Positions 40,364 through 49,914 of a stretch of 64,000 nucleotides of DNA are shown here, piece after piece. Made by a program: the position numbers and the translations under genes. Numbering within the stretch: position 1 is the first letter of the stretch; the number at the start of each line of letters is the position of its first letter. This stretch comes from Candidatus Latescibacterota bacterium (GTDB lineage: Bacteria; Latescibacterota; UBA2968). Under the pieces are notes generated by a model, which worked only from the letters and a program-made list of their open reading frames with translations, did no database searches and was not told the origin of the DNA. The DNA lies in contig OZ240241.1 of NCBI GenBank assembly GCA_965198115.1, forward strand, positions 4,064,001 to 4,128,000, written 5' to 3'.

Positions 40364-40534
40364 GAGACAGCCACTGAGGCCGCTGAGGACATTGAGAAGG
40401 CTCACAAGCAATGAAACTGCGCGACCAGATGACGAAGGCTCAGGGGTTTGTCCATTCCCCGAACGCCTCAATCACCACCGGCCGTCGACCGTTCCAACCC
40501 TCAGTGTGCTCCGTGTCCTCAGTGGCGCCTTTCT

Positions 40535-41401
40535 ATGAGCGCTGAGGACATTATCGTCGCGTTCCAGGGTGAATACGGCGCTTTCAGCGAAATGGCTGCT
40601 CGTTCCTACTTCGGGCAGGACGTCCGGGTCGCGCCACAATCCGACTTCGCCCATCTGTTCCGCGCCGTCGAGGGGAATGAGGCGACGCACGGGATGGTCC
40701 CCATCGAGAACACCCTGATGGGGAGCATTTTCGAGAATTACGATCATCTCTTGAAGCACGATCTCTCCATCATTGGCGAGACCAAGCTCAGGATCGTCCA
40801 CAACCTCATCGTCAACCCCGGCGTGGGGCTCGACGACATCCGGAGAATCCATTCACAGCCGCCTGCGCTCGCCCAATGTCTGGACTTCATCGCCAGCCTG
40901 CCCGATGCCAAAGCCGCCGCCGCACACGACACGGCCGGTGCCGTTCGGGACCTCCGCGATTCCGGCGATCGCAACGCCGCGGCCATCGCCAGCCGTCAAG
41001 CGGCGATCGACTACGACCTCGAGATCTTGAAACAGGGGATCGAAGACAACCACCAGAATTTCACACGATTCGTCGTGGTCGCCCCGGAAGCCACCCAGCC
41101 CGACACACCGGCGAAAACCTCGATCGTTTTCACGCTCCGGCACGAACCCGGATCGCTTTACGCCAGTCTGGGCGCGTTCGCCGACCGAAACATCAATATG
41201 CTCAAAATCGAATCCCGACCGATTGCGGGCAGGCCCTTCGAATACACCTTCTACCTGGATATTTCGGGCGACCAGCGAGACGAACCGTGTCAGCAGGCGC
41301 TGAAAGGACTGGAGTCCCACACCACAACGTTCAAGATCCTAGGATCCTACACGGAAGGGGATATCGTCGAAGGCGAAGTCCGACCGCCCCTGACTTCATA
41401 G
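40535..41401 (+). CDS. pheA: Prephenate dehydratase (PDT-ACT)
   Basis: AFQGEYGAFSE, PIENT..GS, NFTRF, KTSI, KIESRP ACT motif; no chorismate mutase domain. Confidence 0.92.
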   Translation: MSAEDIIVAFQGEYGAFSEMAARSYFGQDVRVAPQSDFAHLFRAVEGNEATHGMVPIENTLMGSIFENYDHLLKHDLSIIGETKLRIVHNLIVNPGVGLDDIRRIHSQPPALAQCLDFIASLPDAKAAAAHDTAGAVRDLRDSGDRNAAAIASRQAAIDYDLEILKQGIEDNHQNFTRFVVVAPEATQPDTPAKTSIVFTLRHEPGSLYASLGAFADRNINMLKIESRPIAGRPFEYTFYLDISGDQRDEPCQQALKGLESHTTTFKILGSYTEGDIVEGEVRPPLTS

Positions 41402-41584
41402 CGACCGAGGGAGCGGCTCTTAAAGATCTGCACGATCCGTATCGTTAAAGTGAATAGATTGAGCATTGAGCATTGAGCGATGGAGCGCAGCTTTTGCCAC
41501 GCCTGCTCTCCTGCCCTTAGAGCGGCGGCGCCACGAAGGAGGGCTCGCCTGCTCGGCAGTAGGCAGCGAACTAACAGGTAACCA

Positions 41585-42751
41585 ATGAATCTCTCGCAAA
41601 AGATGTCCCTCCTCGGCACCGAATCCGCCTTCGACGTCCTCGTCAAGGCCCGGGCGCTCGAAGCCCAGGGCAAAGATGTCATCCACCTCGAAATTGGCGA
41701 GCCCGACTTCGAAACACCGGCCCACATCATAGAGGCCGGTAAAAAGGCGCTCGACGATGGGTTCACGCACTACGGCCCTGCGGCTGGACTTCCCGAGCTG
41801 CGAGAAGCAATCGCGGCCGACGTTGCAAAAAGCCGCAACATCGACGTTCATCCCGATCAAGTCGTCGTCACACCGGGTGCGAAGCCGATTATGTTTTTCA
41901 CCATCCTGGCCTACGGTGAGCCCGGGGCCGAAATCATCTACCCCAATCCGGGTTTCCCAATCTACGAATCCGTGATCAAATTCAGTGGAGCGATGCCTGT
42001 CGCCGCCCCGTTACTCGAAGAAAAAGACTTCAGCCTGGACATTGACGAGCTCCAGTCTCTAGTCAACGACAACACCCGGCTCATCATCATCAACTCGCCG
42101 CAGAATCCCACCGGCGGATTCATTCCACCCGAAGACCTCGAGGCTATCGCGGACATCGCCGTCGGTCGCGGCATCCCGATTCTGGCCGACGAGATCTATT
42201 CGCGAATGCTTTATGACGATCCATTCAGCAGTATTTCGGCTTACGAGGGAGTCAACGAGAACCTCATCATTCTCGACGGTTTTTCGAAGACCTACGCAAT
42301 GACCGGCTGGCGAATGGGCTACGGCGTGATGTCGACAGAACTCGCAACCCAAGTCGCACGCTTGATGGTCAACAGCAACTCGTGCACAGCCGCCTTCACA
42401 CAGATGGCCGGCATTGCAGCCCTTACCGGACCACAGGATCAATCCGACGCGATGATGCTCGAGTTCAAAAAACGTCGCGACGTATTTCACGCCGGTATCA
42501 GTCAGATCGAAGGTTTTACCTGCCGTCTCCCACGAGGAGCGTTCTACCTCTTCCCGAACGTCAAAGGCATTGGCAAGCCCGTTCAGGAAATCGAGAACAT
42601 CCTTTTGCAAGACGCCGGTGTCGCCTGCCTGTCCGGGACTGGTTTCGGCACTTACGGCGAAGATTATCTGCGCTTCTCCTACGCCAATTCACTCGAGAAC
42701 CTCGAGGAAGCCGTCGCTCGTATCGCCGCCTGCGAGAAACTCAGAAGCTGA
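41585..42751 (+). CDS. PLP-dependent class I/II aminotransferase (aspartate/aromatic)
   Basis: GEPDF, NSPQNPTG, DEIY, GFSKTYAMTGWRMG. Confidence 0.94.
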   Translation: MNLSQKMSLLGTESAFDVLVKARALEAQGKDVIHLEIGEPDFETPAHIIEAGKKALDDGFTHYGPAAGLPELREAIAADVAKSRNIDVHPDQVVVTPGAKPIMFFTILAYGEPGAEIIYPNPGFPIYESVIKFSGAMPVAAPLLEEKDFSLDIDELQSLVNDNTRLIIINSPQNPTGGFIPPEDLEAIADIAVGRGIPILADEIYSRMLYDDPFSSISAYEGVNENLIILDGFSKTYAMTGWRMGYGVMSTELATQVARLMVNSNSCTAAFTQMAGIAALTGPQDQSDAMMLEFKKRRDVFHAGISQIEGFTCRLPRGAFYLFPNVKGIGKPVQEIENILLQDAGVACLSGTGFGTYGEDYLRFSYANSLENLEEAVARIAACEKLRS

Positions 42752-42952
42752 GATTTTCAACGCAGATGACACTCGGATGCAGACGTGGAAGGAGTCGTTC
42801 CTGCATTCACTCTGATTCCGGACGTGCTCTGAACCACGGGCTTCTCCGGTTTTCGACCATTTTGTTTTCTCAGTGTGCTCTGTGTGCTCAGTGCCTGTCC
42901 TGAGTAGGCGGCTAAGCAGCCGTACCGAAGGGGCGCCTTCAGGAGGTTCACG

Positions 42953-44197
42953 ATGAAAGTCACAAACATCGATGTCATTCCGATCACAATCCGGTTGGCC
43001 AAGCGCTACGACAACGAAGCCGGTCGTCTTCGGATGTACGACATCGACCAGCACACAGCCGTCCGGGTCACGACGGATAACGGCATCGTCGGCTACGGGA
43101 GCAATGAGGAGGGGCGGGCAATCGATGACGAACAGATCGAGGCGGTCATCGATCACAGTCCGTTCGACTTTCTGCACAACAATTTCAACACCGCGCTGGG
43201 GATGGCCCTCTACGACGTTATGGGCAAGCACCTCGAAGTCCCAGCCTATAAACTGATGGGCCAGAAGGTGCGCGACTCGGCGCCGGTTGCGGCCTGGACG
43301 AGGCCTTGCCCGCCCGATGTATTCGCGAGCGAGGTCAAACGGGCGGCCGACCAGGGCTATCGCATCTTCAAAATGCACAGCGACCCTCGCTACGACGTCA
43401 TCGAGCAGACCAAAGCCGCGCAGGACGTCGCGCCGGAAGGATTCCGCATCCATTGGGACCTCAACCACAGCCGTACGCCCGGCGTCATCGGTCCGATCAT
43501 CGCAGAGCTTCAGAAGTACCCGATCGTGGGGTTCCTCGAAGACCCGTTGCCCTGGACCGACATCGAGGGCTGGCGTCTCCTGCGAGCCAAATCGCACCTG
43601 CCGCTGATTATGCACAACCCGCAGCTTGGCGGAATGCACGAAGTCATCCACGGCTGCGCCGACATCTATATGGTGGGTGGAGGAATCGGGAACGTCCTTC
43701 AGGCCGGGTTCGCTTACGGTCGTGCGAACGTTCAGGTCCTCATCCAGCAGTCAGGCACAACGCTGATGCGCGCCCTCAGCCTGCACGAGGCAGCCGTGCT
43801 GCCGACCGCCAGCGCCCACCTGATGAACCTCGTCGACCAATTCGACGAAGACATCGTCACCACAGACATACCGGTCACCGGCGGATTCTGTCGCGTGCCC
43901 GAGGAGCCGGGGCTGGGCAGCGATCTCGATGAGAAAAAGCTCGAGGCAGCTGCAAACACAGCGTGCCTAGAACAGATGGAACATATCGGCATTGTCCACC
44001 TGCCCGACGGAAAACGTCTCTACACACTCGACAACTCTCAGAAGTCCGTGGGTGGATCGAAGGGATTTTCGGCCGTCACCGGAATCGAGGAAGGCGACCT
44101 GAAGCAAATGCGCTTCGAAGCCTGGGCGGATGATGGATCGGATGACTACAGGAAGGCAAGGACCCGTCTGGAAACGGAAGGACCTTACGTAGACTGA
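42953..44197 (+). CDS. Mandelate racemase/muconate lactonizing enzyme (enolase superfamily) protein
   Basis: VTTDNGIVGYG, MALYD..GK...P...L.G, WDLN, LEDP, P..PGLG. Confidence 0.88.
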   Translation: MKVTNIDVIPITIRLAKRYDNEAGRLRMYDIDQHTAVRVTTDNGIVGYGSNEEGRAIDDEQIEAVIDHSPFDFLHNNFNTALGMALYDVMGKHLEVPAYKLMGQKVRDSAPVAAWTRPCPPDVFASEVKRAADQGYRIFKMHSDPRYDVIEQTKAAQDVAPEGFRIHWDLNHSRTPGVIGPIIAELQKYPIVGFLEDPLPWTDIEGWRLLRAKSHLPLIMHNPQLGGMHEVIHGCADIYMVGGGIGNVLQAGFAYGRANVQVLIQQSGTTLMRALSLHEAAVLPTASAHLMNLVDQFDEDIVTTDIPVTGGFCRVPEEPGLGSDLDEKKLEAAANTACLEQMEHIGIVHLPDGKRLYTLDNSQKSVGGSKGFSAVTGIEEGDLKQMRFEAWADDGSDDYRKARTRLETEGPYVD

Positions 44198-44854
44198 ATG
44201 AAAGAGATCCCACTCGAATTCGGCGAGCAATCCGAGAACGAAATGAAGGACCGCGCAGAGCGGTTCGCGTCCTTCGCCACGCAACGCAGAACGGTCAGAC
44301 AGTTCTCCGATCGACCGATTCCAGCGGGCGTGCTCGAGGCCTGTCTGCGCACAGCGGGTTCCGCGCCCAGCGGCGCCAACCTTCAACCCTGGCACTTCGT
44401 GGTCGTCACCGATCCCGAAACGAAGCGAAGGATTCGCGAAGGGGCCGAACAGGAGGAGGAGGCTTTCTACGACCGTCGCGCGCCACAGGAGTGGCTCGAT
44501 GCGGTGGAACCGTTCAACACGCTACCCGAAAAGCCGTTTCTCGAGCAGGCCCCTTGCCTCATCGCGATCTTTGCCCAAAGGACCGGCGCCGACAAGGATG
44601 GTCGCCGCCCCAAACATTATTATGTGAATGAATCCGTCGGCATCGCAACGGGTCTTCTCATCACTGCCGTCCACCACGCCGGACTCGTCTCGCTCACCCA
44701 CACACCCAGCCCGATGCGGTTCCTGAACGAGATCCTCGACCGCCCGGATCACGAACGGCCCTTTTTGCTCCTCGTCGTGGGCTACCCAGCAGACGATGCC
44801 ACCGTCCCCGATATCCAGCGAAAACCCGTGAACGAGATCTCCACCTTCATTTAA
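44198..44854 (+). CDS. Nitroreductase family, iodotyrosine deiodinase-like
   Basis: RRTVRQFS, APSGANLQPW, EEEAFY..RAPQEW lid, ESVGIA.G, LTHTPSP. Confidence 0.85.
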   Translation: MKEIPLEFGEQSENEMKDRAERFASFATQRRTVRQFSDRPIPAGVLEACLRTAGSAPSGANLQPWHFVVVTDPETKRRIREGAEQEEEAFYDRRAPQEWLDAVEPFNTLPEKPFLEQAPCLIAIFAQRTGADKDGRRPKHYYVNESVGIATGLLITAVHHAGLVSLTHTPSPMRFLNEILDRPDHERPFLLLVVGYPADDATVPDIQRKPVNEISTFI

Positions 44855-45021
44855 GCCTCAAATAATTTAAAAACAGATATTTAGGCGCAATATCCGTTTA
44901 GCTGATCGTGTCTCGCTCATAAAAGTGGCCCCGAGGCCACAATTGGCCGCGGCCTGTGGGATAGTTCTGGCTCGCACCCGAACTGACACCACCAAACGTA
45001 CTTCGAATCAAGATTCGACAC

Positions 45022-46043
45022 TCAAATCTCCACCACAACCTTCCCCGACTCCCCCGACGCAAACGTTCGATAAGCCTCATCGATCTCGTCCAGCGGAAAG
45101 CGATGAGTAATCAATGCATCCATCGGTAGTCCTTTGTCGACGACATAGCTAGCCGTCTCGGCCAGTCCGCCGATGCTGAACGTCCACGAGCCATAGACCG
45201 TCAGCTGCCGGTGGATGATCTGGTTGCTGATGTCGAATGTGGTCGTGTTCCCCTCGCCCACGAAACAGACGCGGCCCCACACACGTACGCTGTCCACAGC
45301 CTGCAATCGCACGTCCGGAATCCCCGTCGCGTCCAGCGTCGCGTCGGGCCCGCTTCCTCCCGCAGCCTCCCTCACCATCTCAACCACGTTTTCCGACGAC
45401 GCACTCACTGTTTCTGCCGCACCCAGCTTTCGGGCCAGGTCGAGTCGCGTATCCAGCAGATCGACCGCAATCACCTTTGCCCCCATCGACGACGCGAACA
45501 TCGTCGCACTCAATCCCACCGGACCCTGACCGAAGACCGCCACCGTCTCCCCCGGCTGTGGCGCCAGTCGCTTCACCGCGTGGTGCGCCGTACCCGTGCC
45601 ACAGGCGATCGCGGCGCCCGCAACGAACGGCAGGGCGTTCGGCATTTTCACACACGTGTAATCAGGGACCAGCAGAAACTCCTGATGCCCCCCATCCATC
45701 GTGTATCCATACACCTCTCTACCCTCGAAGCACATCTGCGTGTAGCCGATTTACACATCGCACATCGACGGCACCCCGAGTAATGGTGCATCATCACCCG
45801 ATCGCCGACGACCACGTCCGTCACGCCATCACCCAGCTCGGCGACCACACCGCAGGGCTCGTGGCCTCCCACCTTCAGCACGTCGGGATCCACCTCGGAG
45901 GAAGGTCGTTTGTAAGCTCGAAAGTCACTGCCGCAAATGCCCGATGCCTGCATCGCGAGCAACACCTCGCCGGCTCCCGGCTCGGGTTTCGGAATGTCCA
46001 TCAACACTATCTTCTGATCGCCCAAAAAGTATGCGCCTTGCAT
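45022..46043 (-). CDS. Zinc-dependent alcohol dehydrogenase (MDR), apparent frameshift at ~45750
   Basis: GICGSD, GHEPCG, GCRRCAMC..C structural zinc, G.GPVG. Confidence 0.9.
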
Positions 46044-46293
46044 CGCCGCCTCCTTCCGTTGACATAGGATGCCTCTCGCCCCCCGTTGCTGCAACCCCAA
46101 AGGCGCCCCGATGTGTTGAGAAGTGGCCACTCTGGTCACTGGTCACCTGTCAATGGTCACTGGTCAATAGACCAGGTCCTCCCTGCTCCATTTCCACCGC
46201 ACGGGTGTCCCACCGGCCGATGTCCGATCCTCTGTCTTCACATACTGTTAGATCAAACGATGGGCCGAACGATCAAACAGGAAGGAGATCACG

Positions 46294-47004
46294 ATGGAAA
46301 CCAGAACCGCACTCGTTACCGGCGCATCCCGAGGCCTCGGGCGCGCGCTTGCTGAAGGCCTATCGCTCGAAGGATGGGATCTGATCCTCACCGCTCGGCA
46401 CCAGCACGACCTGGCTGCCACCGCCGAAGACCTCTCGCGATTGACAACGGTTCGATTTCTCGCCGGCGATCTCACGAACCCGAGACATCGGTCCGAAATC
46501 GCACGCGCCGCCGTCGGACTCGACCTCGTCGTCAACAACGCCGGCATCCTCGGCCCCAGTCCGCAGCCCGCCCTCATCGACTATCCGCTCGACGTGCTCG
46601 AGGACGTATTTCGTACGAACGTCATCGCCCCTCTTGGCCTCATACAGGCCGTTCACCGCTCACTCAGCCCGTTCGCCACGCTCATCAACATCACGAGCGA
46701 CGCGGCCGTCGAAGCCTACGAAGGTTGGGGCGGCTACGGGTCGTCCAAAGCGGCCCTGGAGCACCTCTCTGCCATCCTTGCCGTCGGGCGCCCCGACCTC
46801 CGCATCTACTGGGTCGATCCAGGGGATATGCGAACACGAATGCATCAGGAAGCTTTCCCGGGAGAAAACATCGACGATCGCCCGTTGCCCGAAACCAGCG
46901 TTCCGGGCATTCTCGATTTGATCCACAGCGACTTGCCCAGCGGGCGATACCGTGCCTGCGAAGTCGAAATCGACAAGGAGGCTGACTATGCTGCCACACA
47001 CTGA
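46294..47004 (+). CDS. Short-chain dehydrogenase/reductase
   Basis: TGASRGLG, NNAG, YGSSK. Confidence 0.93.
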   Translation: METRTALVTGASRGLGRALAEGLSLEGWDLILTARHQHDLAATAEDLSRLTTVRFLAGDLTNPRHRSEIARAAVGLDLVVNNAGILGPSPQPALIDYPLDVLEDVFRTNVIAPLGLIQAVHRSLSPFATLINITSDAAVEAYEGWGGYGSSKAALEHLSAILAVGRPDLRIYWVDPGDMRTRMHQEAFPGENIDDRPLPETSVPGILDLIHSDLPSGRYRACEVEIDKEADYAATH

Positions 47005-48142
47005 CGAAGCGGCGGTGGCCACTATCGAATGTGCGTGCCACGAAGACGACTATGCCGTCATCGAATCCCAGGCCTCAAACGACACCGAAGCCCTCGATTT
47101 CGTCCTCCCTTCGCAACTGGAAGCGTCCGAACCGCCCGAAGCCAGAGGGCTGGAACGGGACACGGTTCGCTTGATGGTCTCGCGTATCGAAACCGATCGC
47201 GTGCTGCATACACGCTTCCGGTGTCTTCCCGACGTGCTGACGGCGGGCGATACGCTCGTCGTCAACACGAGCGGAACGATGCCCGCTTCGGTCCCCGCTA
47301 TCGGGGAGGACAAGCTGCCTTATGCCGTGCATCTATCGACGGAGCTCCCCGCCGGTCTCTGGATTGTCGAGATCCGGAAACCGCGAGGGATCTCCACGGC
47401 CCCGTTCCTCAACGCGCGTGCGGGGATGACCTTCTCACTCGCCGGGGGTGGCAAGGTCACCCTCCTGACACCTCACGACGAACGACTGCGTCACAATCCT
47501 TCGGCCCAAGCGCGTCTGTGGATCGCAACCCTCGACCTGAACGATTCCGTCGACCGCTATCTCGACGCCTACGGCCGAATGATCCGCTACCACTACATCG
47601 ACCGGGCGTGGGGATCCGACCATTACCAGACCGTCTTCGCAAATGAGCCGGGCAGTTCCGAAATGCCGTCAGCCGGCCGCGGGTTCACCTCCGACCTGGT
47701 GACGCGGTTGGCCTCTCGTGGCGTCAGAATCGCTCCGCTCCTTCTCCACACGGGTGTCGCCAGCCTGGAAGCGGGTGAAGCACCCTACGAGGAATACTAT
47801 CACGTCCCGCGCGAAACCGCCGCCCTCATCAACACGGGACGCGCCGAGGGGCACCGTGTGCTTGCCGTCGGAACGACAGCCGTTCGAGCCATCGAAACCG
47901 TCACGGACGAACGCGGTGTCGCGCATCCGGGGTCTGGCTGGACAGACCTCATCATCGCGCCCGACCGTCCACCCAGGGCCGTCGACGGTCTGCTCACCGG
48001 TTTTCACGAGCCTCGGGCATCTCATCTCAGAATGCTCGAAGCCTTCGCAGGCAGAAGCCGTCTGGAGAAGGCCTACCACGAGGCCCTGGATGGTGAGTAT
48101 CTCTGGCACGAATTCGGGGATCTGCATCTTCTGATTCCGTAA
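46988..48142 (+). CDS. QueA-family protein (SAM:tRNA ribosyltransferase-isomerase-like), divergent
   Basis: GD.LVVN, YQTVFA..PGS.EMPSAG..F, LHTG, AVGTT.VR, LLTGFHEP, HEFGD. Confidence 0.85.
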   Translation: MLPHTDEAAVATIECACHEDDYAVIESQASNDTEALDFVLPSQLEASEPPEARGLERDTVRLMVSRIETDRVLHTRFRCLPDVLTAGDTLVVNTSGTMPASVPAIGEDKLPYAVHLSTELPAGLWIVEIRKPRGISTAPFLNARAGMTFSLAGGGKVTLLTPHDERLRHNPSAQARLWIATLDLNDSVDRYLDAYGRMIRYHYIDRAWGSDHYQTVFANEPGSSEMPSAGRGFTSDLVTRLASRGVRIAPLLLHTGVASLEAGEAPYEEYYHVPRETAALINTGRAEGHRVLAVGTTAVRAIETVTDERGVAHPGSGWTDLIIAPDRPPRAVDGLLTGFHEPRASHLRMLEAFAGRSRLEKAYHEALDGEYLWHEFGDLHLLIP

Positions 48143-48343
48143 GGCAGGATCTTTCAACGCACGGGACGCAGGGAGCGCAGAGAAAAACTGGTACACGATC
48201 AGATGGCTCAGAAGCCCGAGACGATCCAGGAGCAGTAGCGACACTGCCGACTGCCGACAGGTTCGCGGCCGGGAGGCCGCTCCCACCGGACTGTTCTTCT
48301 TGGAGTCTTGGTGTCTTTGCGTTTCAGACATAAGGAGCTCGTA

Positions 48344-49498
48344 ATGTCCTACGACCTGGTGATCAAGAACGGCACTCTGATCGATCCCGCGGAAGGGATC
48401 AATACGGAGCGAGATGTGGCGTTTACCGATGGGATTGTCGCTGAAGTATCGGAGAATGTGGACGCAGGCGAGGCGACCGTAATCGACGCGTCCGGGAAGA
48501 TCGTCGCGCCCGGGCTGATCGATCTGCACGTTCACGTGTTTGCTGGCGTGAGTCATTACGGAATTGAGCCGGATCCGACGTGTCTGGCCAAAGGGGCCAC
48601 GACGGTCGTGGATGCGGGTTCTGCGGGTGCCGATACGTTTCCCGGATTTCGGAAGTATGTGATCGATGTGAGCGGGACGCGGATTCTTGCACAGATGAAC
48701 ATCTCGTCGCAGGGAATGCTCTGTCGGGAGATTGGCGAGTTCGAGTTCCTGGAATACGCGGACGTGGACAAAGCGTGCAAGATGATCGAGCAGCATCGCG
48801 ACGTCGTCCTGGGTGTCAAGGTGCGTTTGACGCGCAACTCGATCGTGAGCGAGCGTTCGGGGATGGAACCCCTCCATCGGGCACGAGCTGCGGCCGATGC
48901 GGCCGGATTGCCGATTATGGTTCACCCGCAGGATGCGTGGTGCGATTCGATCGATGACATTCTCGCGGTGATGAAGGGCGGGGACATTATGACCCACTGC
49001 TTCCACGCTTTCCCGTGCGGAATCCTGGAGGATGGCGTGATCGGGGACTCGGTGCGCGATGCGATCGAGCGCGGCGTGATCTTCGACGTCGGCCACGGCC
49101 AGGGTTCGTTCAGCTGGAACGTCGTGGAGGCCGCGATGGCGCAGGACGTGCTTCCGACGACGATCTCTTCCGATCTTCATTTTTACAACGTGAATGGGCC
49201 TGTTTACGACCTGGTGTCGGTGATCTCGAAGTTTCTCCATCTGGGAATGCCGCTCGACGATGCACTTGCCCGAGTGACATCCGTCCCCGTCGGAATCATC
49301 AACCTCCAGGGGAAGGTGGGCACGTTGAAGAAAGGGGCGTGGGGTGACGCCGTGGTTCTCGATTGCATCGAAGGAGACGTCGAGTTCGTGGACGCCCACG
49401 GCGAGACCAGAACCGGCAAAGAACGACTGGCTCCCCCCACGTCGTCAAGGGCGGGAAGGTTTACGCTGAGAATTAGGAATCAGTGGATTACCAACTGA
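48344..49498 (+). CDS. Amidohydrolase/deacetylase family metallohydrolase (dihydroorotase-like); probable frameshift near the C-terminus (~49435)
   Basis: PGLIDLHVH, VDAGSAG, GVKVR, MVH, THCFH, FDVGHG.GSF, ISSD. Confidence 0.88.
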   Translation: MSYDLVIKNGTLIDPAEGINTERDVAFTDGIVAEVSENVDAGEATVIDASGKIVAPGLIDLHVHVFAGVSHYGIEPDPTCLAKGATTVVDAGSAGADTFPGFRKYVIDVSGTRILAQMNISSQGMLCREIGEFEFLEYADVDKACKMIEQHRDVVLGVKVRLTRNSIVSERSGMEPLHRARAAADAAGLPIMVHPQDAWCDSIDDILAVMKGGDIMTHCFHAFPCGILEDGVIGDSVRDAIERGVIFDVGHGQGSFSWNVVEAAMAQDVLPTTISSDLHFYNVNGPVYDLVSVISKFLHLGMPLDDALARVTSVPVGIINLQGKVGTLKKGAWGDAVVLDCIEGDVEFVDAHGETRTGKERLAPPTSSRAGRFTLRIRNQWITN

Positions 49499-49605
49499 AT
49501 CCTGGAGTCGTTTGTATAATCGGGGATGTGTAGAGACCCTGGCACTCGGTTTGGCTATTAATCAGCAATGGCAATTGCTGTTTACTAGTCAAACGGGGAG
49601 AGTAC

Positions 49606-49715
49606 TGTCATCCCGGCGGTGAGCCAGGATCCATTTTGATCTTCGCGAAAGTCAAAAATGGGCCCTCCCTCACATTCGTTCGGGACAAGCTTCTAAGAAG
49701 CGTTCCGGGGTGACA
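49606..49715. repeat. REP/MITE-like palindromic element
   Basis: Terminal inverted repeats TGTCATCCCGG ... CCGGGGTGACA with internal hairpins. Confidence 0.6.
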
Positions 49716-49914
49716 ATCCTCTACTTCCGAATCATCCCTTTCCTCCTCGCTCCCAAGCTCTGCCTGGGAATTGACCGACGCCGATGCCTTCCTGAATCAC
49801 TCTTTTCTTGTACACCTTCCCGCCCGATGATGGGATACTATCCGTGGAAGGACTTCCAAATCAGTTGTCAGCTTTCAGTCGTCGGTTGTCAGGAAGACAC
49901 CACACACACAAACG

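Noticed and set aside
47669-49399. 576 aa minus-strand ORF (and similar long antisense ORFs throughout)
   Set aside because: Antisense shadows of well-supported genes, typical of high-GC DNA
48344-49498. Link between this hydrolase family and selenium metabolism
   Set aside because: No SelA-like gene adjacent, and it is 26 kb from the selenoprotein
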